Assembly (NCBI RefSeq): GCF_000283555.1
Contig: NC_016012.1
Span: 120,001-152,000 of the forward strand
Origin: Candidatus Arthromitus sp. SFB-rat-Yit
GTDB lineage: Bacteria > Bacillota > Clostridia > Clostridiales > Clostridiaceae
DNA: 32,000 nt
Direction: 5' to 3'
Part shown: positions 1 to 9,755 of the stretch, piece after piece
Position numbering within the stretch: the stretch's first letter is position 1
Layout of the letters: every line of letters begins with the position of its first letter
Translations under genes and position numbers: made by a program
Notes under the pieces: generated by a model
What the model saw: the letters and a program-made list of their open reading frames with translations, nothing else
The model's database searches: none
Told to the model about the DNA's origin: nothing

Positions 1-160
1 TAGAGATATATTTTTAATGTGATTATTTTTTGATTTTAAGTAAATTTTATTTTCATAATTGTCGCTTAAATTATTCAAGAATGATCTGTTTACATAGAAT
101 GTCAAGATATGATACCTCTTATAAAATTAATTACAATATTATAATAGTAAATAAAAAAAA

Positions 161-181
161 TAAGGTGTTTTAAACACCTTA
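161..181 (-). terminator. Rho-independent terminator of the CDF transporter gene
   Basis: TAAGGTGTTT/AAACACCTTA inverted repeat (161-181). On the minus strand it is followed by a T-rich tract (complement of aaataaaaaaaa). Confidence 0.8.
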
Positions 182-1351
182 ATTAAATGTATTATTTTTA
201 AATATTTTGCAATCAAAGTCCTTATATTCATTTAGTACAAGCCGTTTACATTTATCTATGATATCAAAGTCAATTTTATTGTAAAATTCTTTTTTTAATT
301 TAATTTCAAATAAAATAGTATCTCTTCCATTTTCATTTATTATCCTAAAATCTATAATTCTGCTTATCTCAATTACATTTTCCTTAATAATAGATTTAAC
401 TTTATCATATATCTCAAGCGTTTTTTTGTTATATATATCTATTGGGTCTATATGTATAACGAGATGTATCATCATACTTTGTTCAATATCTTTCTCTATA
501 GTATCTATTAGTGAGTGTACATCTACTAGAGTTAAATTAGAGGGTACTTCTGCATGTATGGATGCGATAGTTTTGTTCGGACCATAATTATGGACGATTA
601 GGTCGTGTAATCCTAAAATATTTTCATAGTTTAATATCTTTTTTTTCAGTTCTTTAACAATCTCATCGCTAGGAGCTTCTCCAAGAAGAGAACTCACGGT
701 TTCTTTTATGAGTAAAATTCCAGAATAAATTATAAATATCGATATAATAATTCCGGCATATCCGTCTAAGGATATTTTTGTAAAGTTTGACAATATAAGA
801 GATATGCTTAAAATTGTTGTTGTTAAAGCATCGTAAAATGCATCAACAGATGTTGCCTTAAGTGATTTTGAATTTATTTTTTTAGATATCTTAAGATTTA
901 TAAAAGCGATCCATATTTTTATAAAAATTGAGATTATTAAAATTATAAATAGAATTATGTTAAAATGTGTATTTTCTTTGCTTACTATCTTTTCGATAGA
1001 TGATTTTATAAAAGTAATTCCAATGAATATTACGAGGAATGAAACTATGAGAGATGATATATATTCATACCTACCATGACCTTGAGGATGCTCTTTATCA
1101 GCAGGTTTCATAGAAAATTTGAATGCTATAAGATTTATTATAGATGATGCAGAATCAGAAAGATTGTTAAATGCATCAGCTGTTATTGAAATACTTTTTA
1201 ATATTAATCCTATGAATAATTTTATTAAAAATAAAATTAAGTTTAAAACTATGCTTATTAAGCTACATAAAAGACCATAAGAAGAACGAACTTTTGGATC
1301 TTTAACATTTTGATAATCTTTTATAAATGTTTTAAATAAGAAGTTTAACAT
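179..1351 (-). CDS. Cation diffusion facilitator (CDF) family transporter
   Basis: ORF with several TM helices and CDF-like motifs (LKSISITADAFNNLSDSASS, HPQGHGRYEY, C-terminal cytoplasmic domain). The internal Met at 1351 has a good RBS (AGGAAGG), so the track start at 1393 is probably too long. Confidence 0.9.
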   Translation of the reverse strand: MLNFLFKTFIKDYQNVKDPKVRSSYGLLCSLISIVLNLILFLIKLFIGLILKSISITADAFNNLSDSASSIINLIAFKFSMKPADKEHPQGHGRYEYISSLIVSFLVIFIGITFIKSSIEKIVSKENTHFNIILFIILIISIFIKIWIAFINLKISKKINSKSLKATSVDAFYDALTTTILSISLILSNFTKISLDGYAGIIISIFIIYSGILLIKETVSSLLGEAPSDEIVKELKKKILNYENILGLHDLIVHNYGPNKTIASIHAEVPSNLTLVDVHSLIDTIEKDIEQSMMIHLVIHIDPIDIYNKKTLEIYDKVKSIIKENVIEISRIIDFRIINENGRDTILFEIKLKKEFYNKIDFDIIDKCKRLVLNEYKDFDCKIFKNNTFN

Positions 1352-1422
1352 GTTAGACCTTCCTAAAATTTTATTTATATTAAAGTATAACACTATATAG
1401 ATTTTCCTTAAATAAAAAATTA

Positions 1423-1450
1423 TTGACTAATATTGTTAAGAGAATATAAC
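1423..1450 (+). promoter_or_regulatory. Sigma-A-like promoter upstream of aspartate kinase
   Basis: TTGACT (1423-1428), 16-nt spacer, TATAAC (1445-1450). Confidence 0.5.
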
Positions 1451-1498
1451 ATTAAATTAAAAATATTTCTGAAGATGTTATTTTAAGGAGTGTATTGT

Positions 1499-2692
1499 GT
1501 GTCTATAGTTGTACAAAAGTATGGGGGAAGTTCCGTAAGTACGATTGAGAAAATTAAAAATATAGCGAAAAGTATAATAAAACGTGTAGAAAGTGGAAAT
1601 AAAGTTGTTGTTGTTGTTTCTGCTATGGGAGATACTACAGATGATTTGTTTTCTATGGCTAAAGAGATTTGTGAAAATCCAAATAAAAGAGAGTTGGATT
1701 CGCTTTTGTCAACTGGGGAGATAGTTTCTAGTTCTCTTTTAAGTATGGCCATAAATTCATTTGGATATGATGCTATAAGCTTAAATTCATTCCAGATACA
1801 GTTGAAAACTTCTGGGTCACATGGTAAATCATTGATTGAAGATATTAATCATGAAAAGATAGTTGAGCATTTAAATCAAGACAAGATAGTTATTATAGCT
1901 GGGTTTCAAGGTGTAAATGATAAAGGGGATGTAACGACTCTTGGACGTGGGGGGTCAGATACGACTGCAGTAGCACTTGCAGCAAAATTGAAATGTGATT
2001 GTGAAATTTACACGGATGTTGATGGAATATATAGCGTTGATCCTAGAGATTATAAAGATGCAAAAAAAATTCCAGTGATAGATTATGAAGAAATTTTGGA
2101 ATTATCTAGTCTTGGGGCTAAGGTTATGCATTCGAGAAGCGTTGAGCTTGCACAGAAGTATAAAATTAAGGTTTATGTTGGAAGAAGTTTGGGTGATATG
2201 AATGGAACTTATATAATGGAGGTTAAAAATATGGATATGGAGATTAAACCCGTAACAGGAATTGCAACAAGTGATGAAGACATAGCATTGAGTATAAAGA
2301 ATATGAACAATGATATTAATTTGATTTCATCTATTTTTAATGAAGTTGGACTCAAAAATATAAATGTGGATATGATAAGTCAAACAACCCCTATTAATTC
2401 CAAGGTGAATTTATCTTTTACAATTCCAAGTGAAGATTTATTTGAGTGCAGAGAGGTTTTGAGTAAATATGTGAATGATATAACAATAGATGAAGGAATT
2501 TGTAAATTTTCTGTTGTAGGTATTGGAATGAGATCAACATCTGGAGTTGCAGCTAGATTATTTAAGATATTTAGTGAAAATGATATAGAAATAAAAATGA
2601 TAACTACATCTGAGATTAGAATAACATGTGCAATAAATAAGAAAGATAAACTTAGGGCTATTAGTTTTGTAGCAAAAGAATTTAATTTATAA
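1499..2692 (+). CDS. lysC: Aspartate kinase
   Basis: N-terminal VQKYGGSSV, GFQGVNDKGDVTTLGRGGSDTTAVALAA and C-terminal ACT domains. GTG start at 1499, 8 nt after AAGGAG (1485-1490). The track start at 1490 overlaps the RBS. Confidence 0.95.
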   Translation: MSIVVQKYGGSSVSTIEKIKNIAKSIIKRVESGNKVVVVVSAMGDTTDDLFSMAKEICENPNKRELDSLLSTGEIVSSSLLSMAINSFGYDAISLNSFQIQLKTSGSHGKSLIEDINHEKIVEHLNQDKIVIIAGFQGVNDKGDVTTLGRGGSDTTAVALAAKLKCDCEIYTDVDGIYSVDPRDYKDAKKIPVIDYEEILELSSLGAKVMHSRSVELAQKYKIKVYVGRSLGDMNGTYIMEVKNMDMEIKPVTGIATSDEDIALSIKNMNNDINLISSIFNEVGLKNINVDMISQTTPINSKVNLSFTIPSEDLFECREVLSKYVNDITIDEGICKFSVVGIGMRSTSGVAARLFKIFSENDIEIKMITTSEIRITCAINKKDKLRAISFVAKEFNL

Positions 2693-2706
2693 GGTTGGGA
2701 TAATAA

Positions 2707-3987
2707 GTGAAGTTGCATGGTTCTCTAAATATAATAGGGAATGATCTTTATATAGGGGATATAAAGATTTCTGATATATCAAATAAGTTTGGTACTCCTT
2801 GCTACATAATGGATGAGAACTTAATAAGAGATAATATAAATAGGTTTAAAAAATCTATTGGAGAAGGCAATAGGGTTGTTTATGCTGGAAAAACTTTTTT
2901 AAATACTCATATGGTAAATATATTAAAAGATGAGAACGTAGGGCTTGATGTTGTTTCTGATGGTGAACTCTATATAGCATTTAATTGTGGATTTGATATG
3001 AAAAACATTATTTTTCATGGGAATAATAAAAGTTATGATGAAATTAAAATGGGAGTTGAATTTGGAGTTGGAAGATTTGTTTGTGATTCAGAAGATGAAA
3101 TTTTAGAAATTTACAAAGTTTCAAAAAAGTTAAATAAGAAAAGCAAAGTATTTTTAAGGATAAATCCAGGGATAGATGCACATACGCATGATTATATAAA
3201 GACAGCTTGCATAGATTCAAAATTCGGTATATACAAAGATGTAGATAAAATATTAGAAATACTAAACAAGTATAACGGGTGTGAAAATTTAGAAATAGTT
3301 GGATTTCACTGTCATATAGGATCACAGATATTTTCAAAAGATGCATATATAGATGAAGTAGATGAAATATTTGGTTTGATGAATGAAATGAAAGTATATG
3401 GATTTGAATTTAGAGAGGTAAATTTAGGTGGAGGATTTGGAATTTATTATACAAAAGAAGATTCTCCAATTGGAATTGAGGATATTGTGAAAATTATTTT
3501 AAATAGGGTTTATTATAATTCTAATAAATTTAATTTAATTATTCCGAGAGTTTACATAGAACCAGGTAGAAGTATAACAGGAAATGCAGGAACGACTATA
3601 TATAAGGTTGGAATTGTAAAGGAAATCGAAGGAGTTAGAAATTATGTATCTGTGGATGGTGGAATGACAGATAACATAAGAAATGCACTTTATAATGCAA
3701 ATTATGAATGTATAATTGCAAATAAAGCTTCCGGGAGTAGAGATTATAGAGCGAGAATAAGTGGGAAATGCTGTGAATCTGGAGATGTTTTAATAAATGA
3801 TACTCTTATACAAATTCCTGAGAAAGGAGATATTCTAGCTATTTTTTCAACAGGGGCTTATTGTCACTCTATGAGTAGTAATTATAATAAAATAACGAGA
3901 GCGCCAGTTGTATTTTTTTATAATAATGAAGTGACTCTCAGGAGTAGGAGAGAAAGTCTTTCTGATTTAATAAGATTAGATATTTAA
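2707..3987 (+). CDS. lysA: Diaminopimelate decarboxylase
   Basis: PLP-dependent decarboxylase motifs: YAGKTF, FHCHIGSQI, NLGGGFGI, EPGRSI, CCESGD. Confidence 0.95.
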   Translation: MKLHGSLNIIGNDLYIGDIKISDISNKFGTPCYIMDENLIRDNINRFKKSIGEGNRVVYAGKTFLNTHMVNILKDENVGLDVVSDGELYIAFNCGFDMKNIIFHGNNKSYDEIKMGVEFGVGRFVCDSEDEILEIYKVSKKLNKKSKVFLRINPGIDAHTHDYIKTACIDSKFGIYKDVDKILEILNKYNGCENLEIVGFHCHIGSQIFSKDAYIDEVDEIFGLMNEMKVYGFEFREVNLGGGFGIYYTKEDSPIGIEDIVKIILNRVYYNSNKFNLIIPRVYIEPGRSITGNAGTTIYKVGIVKEIEGVRNYVSVDGGMTDNIRNALYNANYECIIANKASGSRDYRARISGKCCESGDVLINDTLIQIPEKGDILAIFSTGAYCHSMSSNYNKITRAPVVFFYNNEVTLRSRRESLSDLIRLDI

Positions 3988-4054
3988 ATGAATAATTTTA
4001 CTATATTTTCAAATAATAGAATAAGGTTTTAAAATTATTTTTTAAGGAGAAAAA

Positions 4055-5194
4055 ATGATTAAACTTATTATATTTGATGAGGCTAGCGAGATAGTAAATA
4101 TAGAGAAGTTTTTAAGAGATGATGTATGTGTTGTTGGTTATTTAAAGAGTGATACGAGTTATTTTGATGAGTGTATAAATGGTATTAAAATTTATAATTT
4201 AAATGATTTACCTAATATTTTATCAGAGCTTGAGTTTGATTATATTTTGGTAAATAGCAGGAGATATAGCGTAATTTATGATAAGATAAGGGAGATGAAT
4301 ATTAATCCAGGATGCATATTAGATGTATCATTCTTTTTTTATGATTTAATAAGTAGTGAGATTAAAGATAAGCTTTCATATTTTAAAAGAGTAGAGAGTT
4401 TAAATTTTGATATTGTATTTATGGGGAGAAATTATATAAAAGATAGGTTTATTTATGATCAATTTAATAATTGTATGAATATGTCTAATATTTTTTCAGA
4501 TGTGCATTATGATTATCATCTTTTATACTCTCTTATAAAAAGTAACAAAATACATAACTATACTAAGATAGGGATTTTTACGAATTATTCTATGATTTAT
4601 GAAAATATAGACTTAAAGGATGATAAATACGATTTTATTAAAATATTTGAGGATATATTTTCTGTACATAATAGTGTGAGTACGAGAAATACTTTTTCAG
4701 CTTTTTGTTATAAAAATTTTAAAAATAATATGATCAAGGTATTTAAAAAATTTAATTTAGATGATATTGTATTTGGTGATAATTTTGATATATCTTTTTT
4801 TGAAGATGAAAAGATTAAGTACGAAACTCAAATAGAAACTATAAATCATAAAGAAGCTAGTATTATAGCATTTAAGATGAATAAGAACATAATAACTCAA
4901 ACCATAAAGATACTTAAGGATCGTGGCATAGATGTATTTTTTATAGTACCTCCAGTACATAGATTGTATAGAACGTATATAAATAAAACTCTCCAAAAAG
5001 AATTTTATATGATTTTAAATAAAAGTTTAAATGATAAGTTATGTATATTAGATTATTTTGATAGAGAATTTGATGATAGTTATTTTTCTTCACCATGTAA
5101 TTTAAATTATAATGGATGTAGAGAATTTTTAAAAATTCTAAGAAAAGATATGAATAATAAATTTTTAGATATTACGGTTTGTAATAATTTATAG
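4055..5194 (+). CDS. Hypothetical protein, possible SGNH/DltD-like C-terminal half
   Basis: 379-aa ORF with RBS AAGGAG. C-terminal 'VFFIVPPVHRLY...LNYNGCREFLKIL' is loosely reminiscent of SGNH-type proteins. Confidence 0.6.
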   Translation: MIKLIIFDEASEIVNIEKFLRDDVCVVGYLKSDTSYFDECINGIKIYNLNDLPNILSELEFDYILVNSRRYSVIYDKIREMNINPGCILDVSFFFYDLISSEIKDKLSYFKRVESLNFDIVFMGRNYIKDRFIYDQFNNCMNMSNIFSDVHYDYHLLYSLIKSNKIHNYTKIGIFTNYSMIYENIDLKDDKYDFIKIFEDIFSVHNSVSTRNTFSAFCYKNFKNNMIKVFKKFNLDDIVFGDNFDISFFEDEKIKYETQIETINHKEASIIAFKMNKNIITQTIKILKDRGIDVFFIVPPVHRLYRTYINKTLQKEFYMILNKSLNDKLCILDYFDREFDDSYFSSPCNLNYNGCREFLKILRKDMNNKFLDITVCNNL

Positions 5195-5217
5195 TCGTTT
5201 GAAGAGGAAGAGAAATT

Positions 5218-6501
5218 ATGAAAAATAAAATTATGGAGAGATCAATTGATTTATGTAACTTTCTAGATATAAGTGGTGTTAGCGTTTATCATGCTACTCA
5301 AAATATATGCAATAGGTTATTGGAAGCTGGTTTTGAGGAAGTTTTATATGGGGATAATTGGAAATGGAAAGAAAAAGGATTTATTAGGTTTAATAATTCG
5401 GCTGTATTTGCTTTTTTATTAAATAAAGAGAGAATAAAAGATGGAATTAAGTTTATATTATCTCATTTAGATTCCCCTTCTCTTAAGATAAAGACGGGAA
5501 GTGACATTTTAAATAGAGAGGGTATTTTATATTTAAATGTGGAAGTGTATGGTGGTGCTATATTAAATACTTGGCTTGATAGAGGATTATCTATTGCGGG
5601 TAGAGTTTTTATAAAGAGCGAAGATCATAAATTTAAGGAAGTTATGATCGATTTTAAGGATGATATAGCATTTATACCTAATTGTCCAATTCATTTAAAT
5701 AGAGATATAAACTCAGGGTTTTCATTAAATAAGCAAACTCATATGCTTCCTATAGTTCTTACTAATTATTCGTGTGATGGTGCATCTTTAAGAGGTATGA
5801 TATCTTCATATTTAGGAGTATGTAAAGATGATATTTTAGATTTTGATCTATATTTATACGATACTCAAAAAGCAAGCATAATTGGTTTTAATAAGGAATT
5901 TATACAGAGCAAGAAAATAGATGATTTAGCTATGAGTGAGGCTAGTTTATATGCATTTATAAATTCTGGGGATTCCACAAATAAGTTTATTTGTATGTTT
6001 GATGGAGAGGAAATAGGAAGTTCCATGATCGAAGGGGCGTACTCGAATACGTTATTAAATATATTAAACAGGTTATATGAATCTATGGATATATCGAATG
6101 AGGATAAACTCATATCACTTAACAATAGTTTTGTGATTTCTGCAGACATGGCTCATGCATATAATTCGAGTTATAATGAAAAGTTTGATGAAAATAATAA
6201 GTGTGTTATAAATAAAGGAATAGTTATAAAGAGTAACTCAAACAGGAGTTATGTTACAACGGGAGAGAGCTCATCTTATATAAAATCTCTATGCAATAAA
6301 ATTAAAATACCTTATCAGGTATATTATAATAGGTCGGATATACAAGGAGGATCAACGCTTGGTCCAATAGTTACAAAGTATTTATCTATAAAAGGTGTTG
6401 ATATAGGAAATCCCATGTTTGCTATGCATTCTTGTAGAGAAACTTCTGGGGTTAGTGATCATTATTATATCTGCGAATTGTTTATGGAATATTTTAAATA
6501 A
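5218..6501 (+). CDS. M18-family aminopeptidase (aspartyl aminopeptidase-like)
   Basis: FILSHLDSPSLKIK, MFDGEEIGSS, SADMAHAYN, MHSCRETSGVSDHYY metal-ligand/active-site motifs. Confidence 0.9.
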   Translation: MKNKIMERSIDLCNFLDISGVSVYHATQNICNRLLEAGFEEVLYGDNWKWKEKGFIRFNNSAVFAFLLNKERIKDGIKFILSHLDSPSLKIKTGSDILNREGILYLNVEVYGGAILNTWLDRGLSIAGRVFIKSEDHKFKEVMIDFKDDIAFIPNCPIHLNRDINSGFSLNKQTHMLPIVLTNYSCDGASLRGMISSYLGVCKDDILDFDLYLYDTQKASIIGFNKEFIQSKKIDDLAMSEASLYAFINSGDSTNKFICMFDGEEIGSSMIEGAYSNTLLNILNRLYESMDISNEDKLISLNNSFVISADMAHAYNSSYNEKFDENNKCVINKGIVIKSNSNRSYVTTGESSSYIKSLCNKIKIPYQVYYNRSDIQGGSTLGPIVTKYLSIKGVDIGNPMFAMHSCRETSGVSDHYYICELFMEYFK

Positions 6502-6526
6502 AAGAGGGGCTTATTGCCCCTCTTTT
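6500..6526. terminator. Bidirectional terminator between the convergent aminopeptidase and ispF genes
   Basis: AAAAGAGGGGC-TTATT-GCCCCTCTTTT with T/A-rich flanks on both sides. Confidence 0.9.
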
Positions 6527-6996
6527 ATTTTATTTAAAAGACATACAGCTTGACACGCAATACCTTTTTCTTTCCCCGTGAAACCTAATCTTTCTTCAGT
6601 TGTTGCTTTTATTGAGATTTTTGAAATTTCTATTTCAAGTACTTCAGATAAAGTTTTTCTCATTTTGTATATGTAAGGACTTATTTTTGGTCTTTGACAA
6701 ATTATTATGCTATCTATATTTGATATTTCATATTTTTCATTTTTCATAAGTTCTCGTGTTTTTCTAAGTAATTCAAGAGAGCTTATATTTTTAAATTCAT
6801 CATTTGTATCTGGAAAATATGTTCCTATATCGTAAAGTCCACATGCACCAAGTATTGAGTCTATTATAGCGTGAATTAAACAATCTCCATCGGAATGAGC
6901 TACAAGACCTTTTTCGTGAGGTATATTAACCCCCCCTAAAATAAGGTCACAATCATAATCTAATTTATGTACATCATATCCAATACCTATTCTCAA
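6511..6996 (-). CDS. ispF: 2-C-methyl-D-erythritol 2,4-cyclodiphosphate synthase
   Basis: MRIGIGYDVHKL, GLVAHSDGDCLIHAI, DIGTYFPD, ATTEERLGFTGKEKGIACQAVCLL. Confidence 0.95.
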   Translation of the reverse strand: MRIGIGYDVHKLDYDCDLILGGVNIPHEKGLVAHSDGDCLIHAIIDSILGACGLYDIGTYFPDTNDEFKNISSLELLRKTRELMKNEKYEISNIDSIIICQRPKISPYIYKMRKTLSEVLEIEISKISIKATTEERLGFTGKEKGIACQAVCLLNKIKEGQ

Positions 6997-7008
6997 AGCT
7001 ATTCCCCC

Positions 7009-7740
7009 TTAAATTCCTATCAATTCAAATAGTTTATTTAGTTCATCATTTGTTAAATGTCTGTATTTTCCAATCTTTAAATCCCCTAGTTTAATATTTA
7101 AAATTCTAGTTCTCTTTAAATATGAAACTTTATAATCAAGTGATTCGCACATACGTCTGATTTGTCTATTAAGCCCTTGAGTTAATATTATCCTAAATGT
7201 AAATTCATTTAATTTCCATATTTTACAAGGTTTAGTTATTTGGTTTAATATTTTTATGCCGGATCTCATTTTTGATAGGAAATCTTCGGTAATTTCTTTA
7301 TTTACACGGACTAGATATTCTTTTTCATGATTGTTTTCTGATCTCAAAATTTTGTTTACAATATCCCCATTGTTTGTAAGAAGTATTAACCCATGAGAGT
7401 TTTTATCAAGCCTTCCTATTGGGAAAATTCTTTTTGGATAATTTATAAAGTCTATTATATTTGACTTATCTTTCCTATAAGTTGTTGAAGTTATACCAAG
7501 AGGCTTATTAAAAGCAATATATACAAAATCAACTTGGCTTTCAATTTCTTTTAGCTTCGAATTTTCTTTTATGTATATCTTATCATATGAGTTAACAATT
7601 GATCCAAGTGTTGCAGGGTGGTTATTTATAAAAACTTTATTTTGTTTAATGAGTTCATCAGCGACTCTTCTTGAACAATATCCATACTTAGATAAAAATT
7701 TATTAATTCTTAGTTTTTCTTGATTTAAAATTTTATCCAC
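7009..7740 (-). CDS. S4-domain rRNA pseudouridine synthase (RsuA/RluB/RluF family)
   Basis: LRINKFLSKYGYCSRRVADELIK (S4 domain), FPIGRLDKNSHGLILLTNNGD, LTQGLNRQIRRMCESLDYKV. Confidence 0.9.
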   Translation of the reverse strand: MDKILNQEKLRINKFLSKYGYCSRRVADELIKQNKVFINNHPATLGSIVNSYDKIYIKENSKLKEIESQVDFVYIAFNKPLGITSTTYRKDKSNIIDFINYPKRIFPIGRLDKNSHGLILLTNNGDIVNKILRSENNHEKEYLVRVNKEITEDFLSKMRSGIKILNQITKPCKIWKLNEFTFRIILTQGLNRQIRRMCESLDYKVSYLKRTRILNIKLGDLKIGKYRHLTNDELNKLFELIGI

Positions 7741-7788
7741 ATCTAAACTCCTTAAAAAACACTAAGCCTATTTTATCATAGAATATTA

Positions 7789-8724
7789 TTAAGTACTATT
7801 TATTTTTATTAAATTTCCAGAGTTATTTATAATAATGTTTAATGGTATATCTTTTAGTGATTCTTTTAACTTAATAAAGTATTTTGAGTGTAGAGGAGGA
7901 CCTATTATATATATTTTTACTTCTTCTCCTGGTTTTAATATTTTGTTCTCTATACCGTAATTTATAAATGATGGAATAGAGTGATTTATTTTTTTAATTA
8001 TTTGTTTATTTTGTTTGATCATTTTTTGTGCTGATTTTGTTTTGGGCATATAAGAGAGTATATAACCGTTATAATTCATTTTCATATGCATTGTTAAATT
8101 CATTTCCATGATGATATAGTTATTTGGGATATTAAATATCATGAAATATGTAATTATTAATGAAAATACGATTAAATAGATTTTATATTTAAAACTTAAT
8201 GAGAATCTATTTTTGTTTTTGTAAATAAATAGTTCTCCCTTTTTATGTTTAATTTTCCTTTTGACAAAAATATTTAAATGTTCATCTAAGATTACAGAAT
8301 GTTTTTGATTTTTTTCAATGATAATGCTTAAACATTCTCTGTTTTCATCTACCATTGAAAGCTTTGAATTATTGAATAAATAAAATGATAGGTGTGAGCA
8401 ACTTTTATCAGTAAAAAGAATTACATAGAGCTTTATAAGTTCTATATTTTTTTTGTATATATAAAGATTGTGTTTGTTTGATGTATTTTCTTTTATTATC
8501 TTAAATAATATGGAGTTATTTATTTTATATATTTTGTTATTCTTTAAATATATTGATATATTTTTAGATAGTATTAAGCATTTACATTTTTCTAAGGATG
8601 ATATATTATTTAAGTTATTAAAATCTATATTTTTTAGATATATACTTTGACTTAAGAATGCATAGAGATCTTTTAAAATGTTATATTTTGGGTTGTATTT
8701 ATTCAAATTAATAATATCATTCAT
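7789..8724 (-). CDS. Single-TM protein, possibly anti-sigma factor RsgI-like
   Basis: Cytoplasmic N-terminal part, one TM (YLIVFSLIITYFMIFNI), then an extracytoplasmic domain. Start at 8724 supported by GAGGAT RBS (complement of 8731-8736). The family call is tentative. Confidence 0.5.
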   Translation of the reverse strand: MNDIINLNKYNPKYNILKDLYAFLSQSIYLKNIDFNNLNNISSLEKCKCLILSKNISIYLKNNKIYKINNSILFKIIKENTSNKHNLYIYKKNIELIKLYVILFTDKSCSHLSFYLFNNSKLSMVDENRECLSIIIEKNQKHSVILDEHLNIFVKRKIKHKKGELFIYKNKNRFSLSFKYKIYLIVFSLIITYFMIFNIPNNYIIMEMNLTMHMKMNYNGYILSYMPKTKSAQKMIKQNKQIIKKINHSIPSFINYGIENKILKPGEEVKIYIIGPPLHSKYFIKLKESLKDIPLNIIINNSGNLIKINST

Positions 8725-8978
8725 AAAACTATCCTCTATGGTAAACAAATCTACCAGATGTTTAAAAATTTTAATATAATTCCATTATTAAGGATTATTT
8801 TTCTATATAAAATAGTTTTTTATACCATTTAATAATGATTAAAAAGATAAATAAATATTAAAGATTTTGTTTATTATAATTAATATTAGTCAAAAATAGA
8901 TATAAAGCATTTAATTTTTGGGGTTATTATAAATAGCTATTTAAGTTTTGGAAATTTTTCAAAAGGAGGAGAAATGGT

Positions 8979-9731
8979 TTGGAAAGTAAGAGTTTAAAAA
9001 GAAATGTGCTTTTAATCATAGGAAGTGTATTGTTATTTTTGATATTGAGTTTTTCACAGGATATTGTTCAAGCTATAAAATTTAATAGTGATAATATAAA
9101 CGTAAAAACTTTGGAGATCAAAGAGGATTTAAATGGGATTAATTTTGATTTAAAGTATCCAGAAATTGAGTATGCAGATAAGTCTGTGAAAGATAAGATA
9201 AATACATCCTTAAAGGATCAAATTTTGGAGTTTAAACAGTATATAGAAGATATATATAAAGAATTTATTTCATCTGTGCCTAAGGAATTAGTGGAGAATT
9301 CTTTATCTTCAAAATTTATTGGGATGTCTGATTTTGAATATGAAATTGTAGATTGTATTTTATCTGTAAGACTTAATTTAATACAATTTACTGGTGGAGC
9401 CCATCCTATGACTTATAGAAGAGATTTTAATTTTGATCTAAGGACTGGAAATGTTTTGAAATTTGGAGATCTTTTTAATGAAGAAGGTAAGAAGACATAT
9501 AAAGATAAGGTTGATTCGTTTATTAAAAATATTATAAATAATAATCCAGATGATTATTTTCCAAATGAATTTAAAGGTATTGGGGATAATGTTCAATATT
9601 ATTTAACCAAAGATAATATTGTGATATTTTATCAATTGTATGAATTAGCACCATATTCTTCAGGTATACCTGAATTTAAAATACCTTATAGTTTATTTGA
9701 GGGTGATATAAAAATAAATCCTTCGAATTAG
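8979..9731 (+). CDS. Membrane-anchored/secreted DUF4163-DUF3298-type (RsiV/PdaC-like) protein
   Basis: N-terminal hydrophobic anchor; FTGGAHPMTYRRDFNFDLRTGNVLKFGDLF is characteristic of DUF3298. TTG start 8 nt after AAAAGGAGGA. Confidence 0.8.
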   Translation: MESKSLKRNVLLIIGSVLLFLILSFSQDIVQAIKFNSDNINVKTLEIKEDLNGINFDLKYPEIEYADKSVKDKINTSLKDQILEFKQYIEDIYKEFISSVPKELVENSLSSKFIGMSDFEYEIVDCILSVRLNLIQFTGGAHPMTYRRDFNFDLRTGNVLKFGDLFNEEGKKTYKDKVDSFIKNIINNNPDDYFPNEFKGIGDNVQYYLTKDNIVIFYQLYELAPYSSGIPEFKIPYSLFEGDIKINPSN

Positions 9732-9755
9732 TAAGTAAATATTAGAGGTGAACAA

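Noticed and set aside
1394-1498. Possible lysine riboswitch upstream of lysC
   Set aside because: The leader after the predicted promoter is only about 40-50 nt, far too short for a lysine riboswitch, and no characteristic elements are visible.
1483-3346. Minus-strand ORFs at 1483-1752 and 2380-2718, and ORF 3044-3346, antisense to lysC and lysA
   Set aside because: Antisense shadows of well-supported genes, low-complexity translations, no RBS support.
4757-6149. ORFs 4757-4996 and 5865-6149 on the minus strand
   Set aside because: Antisense to the long hypothetical and the M18 aminopeptidase genes; compositionally unconvincing.
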